From contig CAJFCJ010000012.1 in NCBI GenBank assembly GCA_904063045.1, forward strand, positions 1,054,001-1,118,000: 64,000 bases of DNA, written 5' to 3'. The notes below the pieces were generated by a model, which saw only the letters and a list, made by a program, of their open reading frames with translations, did not search any database and had not been told where the DNA came from. Positions 1 through 14,300 of the stretch are shown piece by piece. Position 1 is the stretch's first letter. Every line of letters begins with the position of its first letter. The DNA is from Dimorphilus gyrociliatus (Eukaryota; Animalia; Annelida). Position numbers and translations under genes: made by a program.

Positions 1-333
1 ACATCCAAATAGTCATCTAGAGATGTATACAGTATATGCTGTATATATATAGTTCAAGTCTAGAATAAAAGCACTATTAAGATCTAGATATATATTTATA
101 CAGGTCGTATATATAGTATACAAAGGTAATGCTGTATATCCTACTTATAAATAGTACATAAAAATATATGTTTGTATTTTTATTTACTATACATTAATTG
201 ACATTTATGAATAAGATTCTAAGTAGTTTATAATTTACATGTCGGCTCTTATTAGCATTAGTCAAGTGCGAACCTTTTCTAATTAAATGAGAAAATTACC
301 AGTAGATATTCCGTTAAGTGAACATAATTGCAG

Positions 334-552
334 TACCCCTAGACACAAGTTGGCTGGCTCAATAGCTTGGGGTCGTGTCCGGGACGTGTTCAAGTGGTCA
401 TTTACGACATCTAGCAGTTCGGATGAGGAGGCGCCGGGTGCTATAAGCCAGGCTACTTTACATAGTACGAATTTTAGACAAAATTCTCAGGAGAGTAAAG
501 ATAGTTGTTGCAGTTTTAAAACGGACCTTTTCATCCAGCAAGAATGCGACGA
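334..552 (+). CDS. KCNQ: Putative cassette exon of KCNQ (helix A-B linker)
   Basis: Open frame with coding-like GC in AT-rich surroundings. Acceptor TTGCAG at 328-333 and donor GA|GTAGTA at 553 give a 219-nt phase 2-2 exon in frame with exon 1642. Peptide includes KWSF..., RQNSQES and SCCSFKTDL, loosely like the vertebrate KCNQ2 linker (SWSF, RQNSEE, SCPCEFVTEDL; recalled). Donor is weak. Confidence 0.4.
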
Positions 553-1641
553 GTAGTATAACTTTGAATTGTTTTTCTTTTTTATCCTCAATATTTCATT
601 TTTCTCTATCTTTTTTCCATCTCTTTATGCCGTTTCTTTATCTCTTCTTGTAGTTGATTTTCTGTTTGATCAAATGATAACAAATTTCTTTATTAATTTA
701 TTTTATTATGTATTTTTTAATTTTAATATTCATTTAACAAACTTTTAAGTTATTTCGATAATTAAAAAATCTTCCTTCGGATAAAGAGAAAGAAAAAAAA
801 ATAAGAAAGGCTACACGAGAGATATTTGCAAGTCGAAAAACTAATAGATTTTTAATAACATTTCATTACTTTCGCCTTCTAAAATATCTCAATAGTCCAA
901 CTCTTACTAACACACTCTATCTAACGAAAAAAAAAAATATGAGACAAAGAAGAAGGAAAGAAGAAGAGAAAAAGGGAAAAAATGAGGAAGAAAGCAAATA
1001 CATAAAATATGTCACTATCGGATAAACTTAAGCATTTAATAATTTTTATTTATATTATTTCCTCATATTTTGATTTTATTTACCGAAAAAGTTCATTTAA
1101 TTTTCCTATACTTTTCGAGTTATTTGATGTGAACATCATACATCCCATCACGATGCAATTTGTGATTCTACTTTAAAATCTTATTAGATTGAGGCAAACT
1201 TTTTATATGCATTGATATATTATATATATATATTCGTGTATGTATATACTACATATATGTATACTATATATTTTTATAAACACTAGTATATAGTATATAT
1301 ATATATGTATATATATATATCAAATACAAATTTACATATATGTTTTTTTTCGATACTATATATACAGCGTAAGGTACGAAGTTATATAAATGTGTAAATT
1401 TAACAGAAATTGTTAATATGTGCATTTATTAACATATTTTAATTAGCAAATTATGTAAATTATATACATCAATTTACGGATAAATTGACTAATATATATA
1501 ACCTATGCTGTATATATATGTATAAGCGTGTACATGTATACCATTAACCTAAGCAATTTGGCCTCTATCACTCGCAACACAACTGAAAAAATTAGAAAAG
1601 TTTGTGGACTTCTCTTTACATTTTCGCTTTTTTAACTTCAG

Positions 1642-3682
1642 AGAGCAGACCAAGTTTAAGAACAATTCTTCTTTTATGAGCCGAATGTCAATCCGGAGAA
1701 AAGATCGTTCAGCCAACACTACAAACACTCAAAATTCACCAGCCATCCATAGGCCTGTTAGGAGGACGTTATCATCTCAAAGTGATGACAAACAGGAATG
1801 TGACAGTCCTGATGCGCTTCAACGGTAAGAGATAAATTGAAAAAAAAAAGAACACAGTTATTACAGTCGAACGGTCTTATATTATAATTATAAACCGTTG
1901 TTATTCCTACTGTATTTTATAAGAGAAAATTGATAAAATAACTTTGGTATTTATAATTAAGCAGCTTATTAACAAGAAATTGGTAAGCTTAGCGCGTTGT
2001 CCTCATATTTCGTTGTAGACATTTACATATTTAACCTATTACACCTGCTTATTCTTATATATTCATTATATCTAGCTTACACATTTGGCACGTAGGTCTA
2101 TTATGAGGAAATAAACTTGTACAGAAAAGTAGCACAATGGCGCTAGCATAATCATATCACCCAATCTTATCTCTCTCCTTTTTTATATATATGTATATCT
2201 TTATATGTATATCTATATATCATTGACCTACTATTACCTCTTCCGATAGAAAGTGTGCTGTATAATAAGGGTTCTTATACCTATTCTTTTTCTTAAAAGG
2301 AGTCATCTTAGCTTATCAACCGACCAAACAACAGCGAACAATTCAGGAAAGGAAGCATCTGCCTTCACCGGATTAAATAAAAGAGAGTTTAAGGATTCTG
2401 AAGGTAGCAAGTATTTCTTATTTATTTGTTTTCTCTAAGTTCAATATAAGATTTTCCTTTGATGCTAATATTTTATTTCATAAGAAAAGTATTAGACTGC
2501 ACGTTTCTAACAAATCAATCAATACATTTCTCTTGTCACAGACGATTTAGATGAATACGTGGAAGGTGTGACGCAATTAACCGATACTCACAAACATGCG
2601 ATTCGGGCCATGCGGAAAATAAAATACTTTGTCGCTAGAAGAAAATTTAAAGAGGCTTTTCGCCCCTACGACCTCAAGGATATTATCGAGCAATATTCGG
2701 CGGGGCATATTGATATGCTAAGTAGAATTAAGAATTTACAGCTAAGGTAATAAAAAACAATAATATTATCTCTCTCGTAAAGAAAATAATGTTAAGGGTG
2801 TTTTACAAACGCCCTCTGTTGACATGCTTAAGAAAAAGGAAAATAAATTTCTAATATATTCTTTCCAGATTAGACCAGATTCTTGGTAAGGCGGGCTCAA
2901 AAAAACCAGATGTTTATGAGTCAAAAATTTGCCTAGCGGCGAGGGTTGTTAAGGTCGAGAGGCAAGTTGAAGATATTGAAACCAAGTTAGACTTATTCTT
3001 AGATATGTATAAAGAAGACCGGAAACGATTTAGTTCTCAAGGCGTTCAAATACAATCGGAAACGGAACAGGCGGAACAAGCTATTCAGCTTGATAGCAAA
3101 CATTCCCAATTACGTTCGATTCTAGTTGACAAACAACAGAGTGAACCTCCGACGCCCACAACACAAGTAGGGAAACCTATCCAAAGAAATTGGTCTGATC
3201 TAAGTTCAAGGTCTAAGAAGAAAAAGGTCACCTATCGTTGTGCTTCCGCAACCGACGTTAAAGCAGTCAGTGATCTACCGCCACCAATTCTTAAAAAAAG
3301 ACCCTCTTCTGAATCAGACAGGCCTACAGAAGATAAAATCCAGTCAAATCCAGATATACAAATATATAGGCCTGCTCCAACTCCTCCAATAAAGGAATTT
3401 ACACAGGAAACCATAGACGTACACTCATCTGTTGACTCAGAAACTGAAACGCATTCGGCTACCAGCGTTCTCTCTTCAGGCGACTCATTGACTCATCAAT
3501 ATGGCTCAATGAGAAAGGAGGATAGTGACGATGAAATTTGGAATGATAAAAAATCTGAGGCTGTTGCCTCATGTAACAGTACGGAAATGGAAATGATGAG
3601 TGATGACGGTGAAGATTCATGCTTATTGTCACCAACGGAAATGACTTCCAAAGAGATACCAAAGAAACTAAATCAGTACTAA
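1642..3682 (+). CDS. KCNQ: KCNQ (Kv7) voltage-gated potassium channel, cytoplasmic C-terminus (5' part of gene lies upstream of the window)
   Basis: Exons 1642-1824, 2300-2403, 2542-2746, 2869-3682, all GT-AG and phase-compatible (2,1,2). Translation gives helix [59 protein letters not shown] and helix [27 protein letters not shown], matching the KCNQ signature [28 protein letters not shown]. Confidence 0.95.
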
Positions 3683-5377
3683 ACTCCATAACAGATAATA
3701 ATAGAAAATTACCAATTTAAATAAAAGCACGTACACAAAAACTGATTTAATTGCTCATTTTCTAACATTTACAAAAACTTTTCACAAAAGAAATAAACAA
3801 AAAATATGAAAATAAACAAACAAACCAGACTAAACTGGATGGCTTAGCAAAAAAAAAAAGAAAAACCTGGAAAATAAAAGTTTGATGGATGAAGATTAAA
3901 AAAAAAAAGAAACAGAAGATGTGTATAGAAGTGCAAGGATATCTATATATATATATAGAATATTTTTAGAAGAAGGCAACTACGACTAAACTCTCTGGCA
4001 TAAAAAAAAATGTTTACAAAAATAATATGAGCAAGCCAAAGGAAGAAAATAAACAAATATGAAATATGAAAGTCATTCCACTACGAAATAATAATAATAA
4101 TAAATTAAAAGGAGCTTTCTTTTCGTATTGAAGATATTGTAATAATTGAATATTTAAAAAAAGACATGTTTTTGTATGATATTCCGTTAATCTGATAGAT
4201 GAACGTTTTTTCTACGGATATGATAATCGTGATGATTCTTGCTTAATTTCCCTATTATTTTGTTTTCTCTTTACGTATAGTTCTACAGTTGGAGTTTATT
4301 TATTTTCGTAAAGAGCACTAAATTAGGAAGGAGGGAAGAGAGAGATAGAGATAGAGAGGATGAAAAGATGGGAGAAAACAATTGATGACATAAGAGAAGC
4401 TTCTGATACATATAGAGATGTATAAAGGGGAAAATTTTTGAAGAATATATAGAAAATTTTACGAGGCCTCACTAAGTGAATCGATGGGTAGAGACAAATT
4501 GTCCGACTGCTCTGTGTCCCTTTTACAAAATTTTATAGGCGAACTATCGAATTAAAGAAAAATCGTTGGTAATAATGTTTTCCCTCATCAAATTTCTTTA
4601 ATTCTTTCGTACCTCTCTCTAAAAACTCCTCTATCCTTTTTATTTGTCGTATATTCGCAATCCTATCAATCCGTTAATCTTAGCGAATTGTCATCTATGA
4701 TTTTATTGAATCTATTAAAAATATTTGCATGTGTTTTCTTAGATTATACTTATTTTAAGTCTATTGTTTTTTTTTAAAGAGGAGCGTCAAAAAACTGCAG
4801 GTGCAATTTTGCTTTCTTTCCATTTAAAAATTATAGTTTTGATGAAATTACTAATAAAATAAATACTTTATTTAATTAATTATAAAAAAGATTATTATTT
4901 GTATAGTATTATATTTTAAAAATAGTTTATTTTCCTTTTTTAAGTAGCAGTTAAAAACGAATTTTATATTAGAATTTTTCAGAGAAACAAAATCTACTAA
5001 CTTGATAGAAAAAAAAAGTATGAAACACTAAATTTCCAAAAATAATGTAAAAACAAAACAAACTATTGTAGTTTTTTATATTTTTTGCCCTTTGTTTTCC
5101 CCGTAACCGTAAATCACTTTGCTATAAAATATACAATTATTGCTTTGGAAATATATAAAGACGATAAAATAATTTGGACAAAATTCTTCATTTTTGTGTT
5201 TTTTTTTTCTTTTTAAATATACAAAAAAGCACATTTCTTGAATAATTAAACAATTAATTTAATGTAAAAAAAGAGAATATTCCGAATAAAACATTTTAAT
5301 GTTAAATTTTTGTTTTAAAAAAAAAATAATTGCATTCCTCCGATATATTTTTCTTTCTTTCTTCCTTCTTTCTTTTT

Positions 5378-8300
5378 TTATGTTTGCTGTTCGAAAATTT
5401 ACGTTATTCGTTAATAAAATTTATGGTTTGTACGTTTAAATTATCTATTTTTCTTACCACGTCCGTACAATATCCAGCAGGAAAGCCGAAAGAACATCTA
5501 TTTGAACTAAGATCATTATTACCGTAAACGATGGCACCGAATTTTACGCCGTCTTCAATGTGTTTAAGCGAATATTGACGAACAACTTCGATTGGTATCT
5601 TAAAAACCATTTAACAGTTAAAATCTATTAGATTTATTGCATTAAAGTACTTACAAAAGCTCCAACATACGGCCGGCCGCTAAGTTTTGTCCATGTTACT
5701 TGATTGGGTATTAGGCCGTTGTTAATTCTTAAGCCGCTCTGCTTTCCGTCCTCAATTGTCACTATAACATATCCTTTGAAATCTTTGTCAGCATCAAGTA
5801 GATTGCCAACAGTTGTCATAAAAGCATACGACGTTAGCCATAATTCTGCGGGTGATAGAATAATCATTGTAGGACTGCCGTTATCTGCCGAATTAATTCT
5901 TCCTTGAGACATTTGAACAACAAGAATTGGCTTGTTGCTGTACATAAACGCCCAAGTTGAATAAGACGTTGTAATGGTACGGCTCTCGCCGCCTCTAAGA
6001 GAGAAAGGAGTCTGCCCATCAACAGATACAATTGTATCGTCATCTCGGGCTATGACTTTATATTTGTTGTTATAGCTTACAGCTCTCTCGGGTAACGGAT
6101 TCAGGACAAATGTCATGCCCCATAATGAAGTCGGAGGAATGCTTTCAATCATATGATCCGCATTGCCGACTGATCCAAAAATTGTATATGTATTACCCGA
6201 AAATACGCTTACTGGATTATTAGTTTGTATTCTTGTTCCCGTTAAATCTCCGCTGGACGATAAGTATAGAATATTATCTCCTATCACGTTCTGCGTCAAG
6301 GTTTCTCCGACTTGATAAGTTCTACCTCCAAATGTCACCGGTGCCCTCAGGAGTATACTAACTGTTGTTGAACTTTTAGCAACAACTGCAAGGAAGGCAG
6401 TACCAGAATTAGGGATCTCAGTTACTACTCTAAAATCTCTGCCATTAACAGTTGTTGGAAGGGACATATAACCTCCACAAGAATCTTGCGCCTGATTTAC
6501 AGCGAAAACCGCAACATCCGATACTGAACTAATCTTATAGACTTTTGGACCAACATAGGAATTTTCCATTTTACTGCTCTGGAATATTGCAACAGGAGAA
6601 TATCTAGTTCTAAATGGTCTATTGTAAACTCTGACAAATGCGCTCGAAAACTCTCCGATAAGGAATGTGACACGTTCAGATGTAGAGCTTTCTGGTAGTA
6701 CTGTATAAATTAAACTGGCATAATTCGGGGTTCTTCTATCTGGCGTATCAGATACTACGGAAATTGCATAAAACTCTCTTCCCAAGTTAGTGCTTCCTGA
6801 TTTGCAGCTTCCAACAACAGGAACTGGTGGCCTAGTAGGCGGTGGTGTGGGTGCAGGTGTTGGAGCAATCGTTGTAGGTGGTGTATAGATGGAATTCAAG
6901 CATTGTCCACCCGAGTAAAATATCGAACAAGTATCTCCTGAATTTTCCATGCTGATGGATACGAAGACTGGTTCAGTGCTTTGAATAATATGCCTTCCAG
7001 GAGTGATTGGGCTATTAATCCAGAAGTGAAGAGTGGTTTGGGGTGTTACTTGCTGATTACCATTGTAGGATAAATCTAAAGATCTTCCGTCGAGATAAAC
7101 CTGTCGGCCCTTTGATGTAATTTTCAATACAAACGTTAAAGGATCATATTCAGGTGGGATAACAAAAGTATGTTGATAATTCCATTGCGAAACAGGTGGA
7201 ATAATCGCCAAGGCAGTTGCCAAGGATGAAAATTGTGGCCTTATTTCTAGAGCAATCTGAATATTCTGATTACTTGTAATGTAATTTCCCTTCTCAGTTG
7301 AACTACTATCCAACTGAACGGTCTTTTCGTCATGCGGTCCAGCAATATTAAGAACTGATTTTCCGGATATTCTAACTTGAGCAGGTTCGATAGAAATTAT
7401 TCTTATAGTAGCTGATTGAGCATTGTTGGGGAGATATACCCAAAATTCCTTACCCCAAGTATCAACTGGATACAATTGCTCGCTTAATGAATCTATAATG
7501 GGATTGGCAGAATTTGTTCCTTTGTTTCCGGAGAAAACAGCAATGTCTTTATTTCCAACTATTCTTACTCCAGAAAGACTTGTTCCAGCTCCAACTATGG
7601 AAGCAGTTTGATATTGTAACAAATCTATTGTAAATGACTGTGTGTAAGTAGCACCCGAGTAAAATACTCTAACACCGGATGAGCTCGGAACAGTAACGGT
7701 TACTACAGTTGAGTCACTTGAGGTAGCCAAAATTGTAGCTTGAGCTGAAGTTGATCCAGATAATATGTAATAATCTCTACCAAGATATGCTGATGGTATA
7801 TTTGTGAAAGCCGAACATCCTCTAGAGTCCTTGTTCTCAGTAAGAACAGTTATTGGGGATGAACTTGAAACAATATCTAATCCTTTATTTTCAATGCTCG
7901 ATCCACTAATATGAGCGTCTATACTTGCCAAATCGAACCTGAATGAGCTTCCTACTTCAATGATTTGATTAATGTCTGTATTGGGTATTCTAGGGGCTCG
8001 AACTGTTACAGTTGTTCTAAAATTTCCTGCGTTAGCAACATGTAAATATCTTCTTCGTCCACTATTATCGCTTTGCATATACACTGTAGCAAATCTCAAA
8101 CCTCTATTCTCTCTCGGACAAGGTGGAGCTAGATTTTAAAGAAATATCATGTAGTATATGCTTAACTCATTAAAAATTTGCATACGGAATGGAGGAAGAG
8201 TTGGAGCAGGTGTAGGAGATGGTGTCGGTGGTGGTGTAGGTTGAGGTGTTGTGATTGCATTCATCTGTAAGTGCATAATAATATAATTATATCATTTTAA

Positions 8301-11300
8301 AATATAATTGAAATAACATACAATTCTCATGCAGTGACTCGTAGCCCTTAAGAAGGAACAAACATTGTCGTCATGCTCTATATAAGCTATTATGAGTCTA
8401 TTAAGATCGCCATTGTACAAACGATGAACTCCTGAATTTATCTGATTGGTTACAGCCCATGACCAGCTACTATCCCATTGTACTTGCTGCCAATTTAAGT
8501 TTAATCTTAATCCATCCATTACAACTGAATCTCTAGCAACAGTTTGAACAAATATACGAAGGATTGTTCGCCCTGTTGTTGGTATGTTAAAGATATGTAG
8601 TGCTTTGGCTTGTTCGATGGGTATAAGTGTTTGTAGAGATTTAGCAATAGAATTAGTTGAATCCAAGTTTATATAGTTAACTAATCCAATTGGGTTTGTT
8701 GCCCTAATTTTCGAAACTTGTGTGTCTGCTTGATTAAATGCCAAATAAGGCATAGTGTTAATATTTCGACTTGAACCGTCTATTACAATGCTATCAGGAA
8801 GGGTATCAGTCAATAAACTATAAGATCCCCAAGCAAGGTACTCTGTGGCCGCTCTATCGAAAGGCAAAACTTGATCCAAAAAGTTTGCAGTAAAGACCCA
8901 AACGGCAACAATGTTCGTTGATGATATTGTTACACCGGCTAGAGTTTGAGCGCCATTTGTATTTTGCAATCTTATTGCTTCATAAGATCCCAAATTAATA
9001 GTGAAGCTTTGTCCAGCGCTTGCTCTTCCAAGGGGATGGGCTATTGAAACAGAGCCGAGAGTTGAAGGTATAGTTACAGTTACTGTAACTGGATTTGCGC
9101 TATTTCCAATAATGACTTCATTCCTTCTTGTAGAGATTATTTTATAGTATGAGCCAAGCATATTTGTAGGGTATAAAAGCGAACTTCCACAGCTTTGGGT
9201 ACTGGAAGTATAACATCTTGTATCCATAGTCAAATCTGTTGTGGATGAAAAACTGTAAACTGCTCTCTGTACAATTCCAGAAGTTTGTAGCTGAAAGAGA
9301 AAAATAGATTAAATAGTAAAAAGAACATTTTAGTTCGAGCAGTTTTTTCAAGCTACCTGAGTGTTAGGTGTATATTCCTGATTTGTTAAAACCGATGTTG
9401 AGAGGAAAGAGCTAGCTCCTGTCGAGGGGTGTCTAATTGTTACAGAACCGCCAGAGCCAATTGATATCATATTCGCCCGACAATTTGTAAAAGGAAAAAC
9501 GGCGATGAAAAGTCTACCGATAGTACTTCCAGAGCAATCAGCTGCAATTTTAAAGAGTTTATAAACTATGCAAATGAGTTATCTTTATCTAGGACAAAAA
9601 CACAAACGGGTATTGGGAAAAGGTGTAGGAACGGGGGTGGGTGGTCGAGCGGTTGAAGGTGGTAAAGTAGGTATTATGGGTTGCTAGAATTTAATAGAAA
9701 TATAAAATAATACAGTATGTGTTTTGGATACAAGCATACACGTTTACCTTTTTGTAACAGAATCCTACAGGTCTCATTGATGCACAATCATTTGTTACTG
9801 TATTAAAATAAACTACCAACAACTCGTTGGCGACTGAGTGATACACTTGATGGACTCCAGCATCATTGAATTGAACAATTGCTACAGACCAGTCAAGTTT
9901 ATCCGGTAATTGTCTCCATTGTGCTTGAACTCTTTTTCCATCGACAATTACATTTCCTCTCTGAGACGTTCCAGCATAAATAAGGAAGTATTTAGAACTA
10001 CTACCGACTGTATCTATGATGTAATACGATTTGGCTTGAACAATTGGGATACCAGGAGAAATAGCTAAACTGCCCGAGAGAGTTTCTCCAGCAGTTCCAA
10101 CAATTATTGGAAGATTACTTGAAACATAGGTTTCCACAGTAACTTCGTTTGGTTGGAATTCTCTAAACTGCCCGGGTTGTAAATTGTAAGTGTTGGCTCC
10201 TACTCGAACAACTGTGTTCGGATAATGGGCTACAATCTTTGCGGGGAAGAGAACATATTCCTTTTCGAAAAAATCCACAGAAGGAATTTGAGCAATGTAA
10301 GTGGAATGAGTAACCCATACAGCCAACGAAGTATCTGATCTAATTAATAGTCCAGAGAAATCTCCATCATTGTTAATTCCAGTATCCAATGAAATTGTAG
10401 CATATTGGCTAAGTACTACTGTGAAAGTTTGTCCAGCGTTAGCCACGCCACCGGGATATATGATTTTAGCATTTGTTAGTGTCGATGGAACTGATATAGA
10501 AATAAGCGCATTTTGGCTGGCTGCTATCAAAACTCGAGAATTTTCTGCAGCTACTATTCTGTAAACTGTTCCTAAGGATACTCTGGGAATGATTAGAGCA
10601 GATGCACATGATATTGTTCCTTGAACAGTCTGTCTAATAGCAACTGTAATTGGATTATTTGATGTTATTAGGAGAACTGCGCTTTGTTTAACTGTTCCGA
10701 TTTCAGTTTGCTAAAAAGTTTAAAAAGTCTCTCTTTATAAATTCATATTTACAAAACAGATTTCTTACTGTATAAATATTCTTATTAGCTGAGTAAACTC
10801 TTGAGGTAGAAGGTGGTAGTGAGAAAGTTGAACTTGAACTAGATGGAGTTCTGAAAGCTACTTGAGTTTGTGATATTGCTGTAACTACAATTTCATAATT
10901 ATCAGCTGGTAGAGCTACCATAAATTCGGTTCCATATGAAGACGCTTGACAATTGTCTATAAATGATATATTTTTAGAAATGAGATGCTAAGTAAAATTA
11001 CCACCCAATAAAAATATCAAATTAGATAAAAAAGGATCAATCGGTACCTGTTGCTGGGGGAATTGTTGGGTCTGGTGTTGGAGTTGGAGTTGGTGGTGGG
11101 GTTGGTGGTGGAGTTGGTGGTGGAGTTGGAGCAGGAGTTGTTACGATTTCTTGCTGTTAAATATTTAAAAAGATGTTTATTCTATATCAACAGCAATGAT
11201 AAACTCTTGTTTACCTGATTCATACAATAGCCTACAGGTCTAGATGAACTGCAAACAGTTGTCTTTTGTGTATCCAGATAAGCTATAAAAGTTTTATCAA

Positions 11301-14300
11301 GTGTTGCATGATACAATTCGTGAACTCCTCCTCTAGGAATAGTTAATGTTGCTATAGACCAGCTAGGTTTACCATCAATAGGTGCCCAATCTAATTCTAC
11401 CCGTCTTCCATCTAGGACAATATTTCTAGTCTCTGCGGTTTCAGCATACATTGTTATGAAGGAGCTGCCCTCCTGAGCTACATCAAAGACATATGATGAT
11501 TTAGCTTGAATCAAAGGTATAGAAGCTCTAACTGATCTGCTGGTTGGATTCTGTAAAACTTTTGTAACGCCCACTGCAATTGGATAATTGCTGGATATTC
11601 TTTTGAAATTTTCAGTCTGAATATCTAATATATCTCCTGGACCTAGAGCAGGATATGTTCTTAGATTTGTTGAAACAACTGTATCAGGGTAGTGAGCAAC
11701 TACTCTAACCCTCTGAGCAAGATATTCAGTGCCTAATCGGTCAACAGGGATAACATGACCCAAGTAGGTATTATCAACTAACCATACAGAAAAGGGCGAA
11801 TCAGCTGTTAAAAGTAAGCCAGAGGGATCGGCAACACGACCTGTGCAGAATAGTCTATAAACTTGACCAGGATTTAGTGTTACAACAACTCTGTTTTGGA
11901 TTCTGGTTCCTGGACTTGGAATAATACAATTCTGAATCATTCCTGTCGGAAGATTGGCAGTGATTAGCACAGCGGTATTTGAAATTCCTGTAAGAATAAG
12001 CTGTCCAGAAACGGGAGCGACTATTCTATACGTATTAGATAAATAGTTGGCAGGTATGACAGTTGTCGATGAACATAAATTAGGGGCAGATGTATCTCTA
12101 AGCGCAACGGTTATTAATTGATTTGATGAAATTGTTAAAGTTGCATCCGATTTTGAATTTTGACCTTGAGGTAGCTAATTTCATAATTATAATAATATTA
12201 GAACATTATGTTTTAGAAAGTTTACAGTTAACGAACCGTGTAAGAACTTCTTTGATTGTTAAAAACATAAGTTTCTAAACTCCCAACTCTAACTGTCGTT
12301 CGAGAAATTATGTTTGATGAGAAAGAAACGTCAGCAGCATTATTTCCAGTTGTAACAATTATTTCATAAGACTCTGATGGTAAGACGACTACAAAACGCT
12401 GTCCGTAGTTTGATTGAGCACATTCGACTAAATTGAAATTGAAGTATTTATTAATTATAAGAAAGAAAGTTTCGGAAAAATGAAATTTCCTTCTTTAATA
12501 TCAACTACTTACTTGTTCCGGGTTTAGGGACATTCACTTGTGGAGTTGTTGCTTTAAATTTTAAATAAACATAGTTTTAGTATTTTCTCTTTTAAAATGT
12601 TAAAAATTAAAATAATTACGTATTTTAGGCGTCGTTATAGTTGGTTGCTGGTTGATGTTAGCACATGATCCTGCAGCCCAAGCTGTTGCGCAGCTTCTTT
12701 CACTAGCCGAATATACGTACGCAACAAATAAGGCTTGACCATCAGCACTGTATATTCTATGGATTCCCTCATTTACCTCTTCATATCGGTATACAAAATC
12801 TGAACCCTTAATAGAACTCCATCTGTCGACTATTAACTTTTCGTTTATAACCATTTTTGTTCTATCGCTATTTCTAGCAATTATCGTGATAAATGTTGTT
12901 TTCGTAGCGTTGTTTGCAACAAATTCATATCTTCTCTTAAACTGGTCTCTGCTAACTAGGGTCATCATTGCTGGGGCTCCATAATCATTTTCATAAACTG
13001 CTCCTGGCGATATTTGAACAGCCATAACTGGTTGATCGGCTTGTATGTAGCCAGTTTCTCTAGAACTGTATTCTAAAATAATCATTCTACCAGCTTCTTG
13101 CAATATATATTCTGCTACATGTCCATCCCTTGAATACCTAATAGAAGTTCTCTTGAAACCAGCAACTATTCTTATATAATAGGGAGAATGCCTTTTGGGA
13201 AAATTCGTTAGTAAGAAGTAATTTCCGTAGGTTTGAGTAGGTGGCATTTGCTCCATTAACAGATCTAAGTTTCCATAGCGAACATTTACGTTTCTATTAC
13301 CTGCAAAAACAGCAACTGGTGCACTAGCTACGATATAGGTTCCAGAGAGATCGATCCCATTTGTGTTTCTCACGTGTAGAGCATTAAGAGCAGGTATTGC
13401 AATATTGGAAGCTTTTTGGCCAGTTGTGTATTCAGTTCCAAGCACATTCACCTTCAAATTCACAATATAGTTAGGGAAAGCAATTTCAACCCTAATTTCT
13501 CTGTTAAAGGGATTTACGATGACGAACTGGGAAGCAGTTGTAGCTTTTTCCCATCCAACAACATAGTATGTTCTTCCCAAGACATCGGTGGGGAAAATTA
13601 AACTTGATCCACAATAAGCAGTACCAGAGACCGTAGCAGAGAGTGAAATATCTCGATTAGAACTTATAGATACAACATTACTTGAAAGCCCGTCAGATGC
13701 TAATTTTGCTCTTTGTGGTATTGTCAATTCTTCAACGGTACCTGGCCGAAGTGTTGTTTGTGATGAATAAGCTGGATTCAACCCATTACCTATAACATTT
13801 ATAATAGCAGAGTTTGCATTTGAGATAAGGACTGGGTGAAGTTTCATGATACTATTAGAAACACTTTCAGTGTCTAAGAAAACCATAACGAAATTTCTTC
13901 CCACGTCATCATTCGTACACTGGGCTAAAAAGAGAAATTAGATTGAAAATAAGTAATGGAGAAATAAATGCTAAAAACGAACTGATAGATGGTAGTGGAT
14001 AATTTCCACTTGGGGTATTTACTATGGTAGTTTGAGTTGGGGGTGCTGCTGTTGATGTTTGCGGCTATTTTAAAAAAATTAGCGTTTAATTGCTTTTTTA
14101 ACGATTAATCATCTTAGTACAACCTCAGGTGTGCCTTCAACGCAGAACCCTGCGGCAAAACTGTAACCACACTTAGAAAACGAACTTGTCGTATATATAG
14201 ATGCAGTAAAGGCGACATTCGAGCCAGTCGTTTGGATGTAAACAAAGTGGAAACCGGCATTTATTTTATAATGACCACCACTCATATTAGCCCCAGGAAT

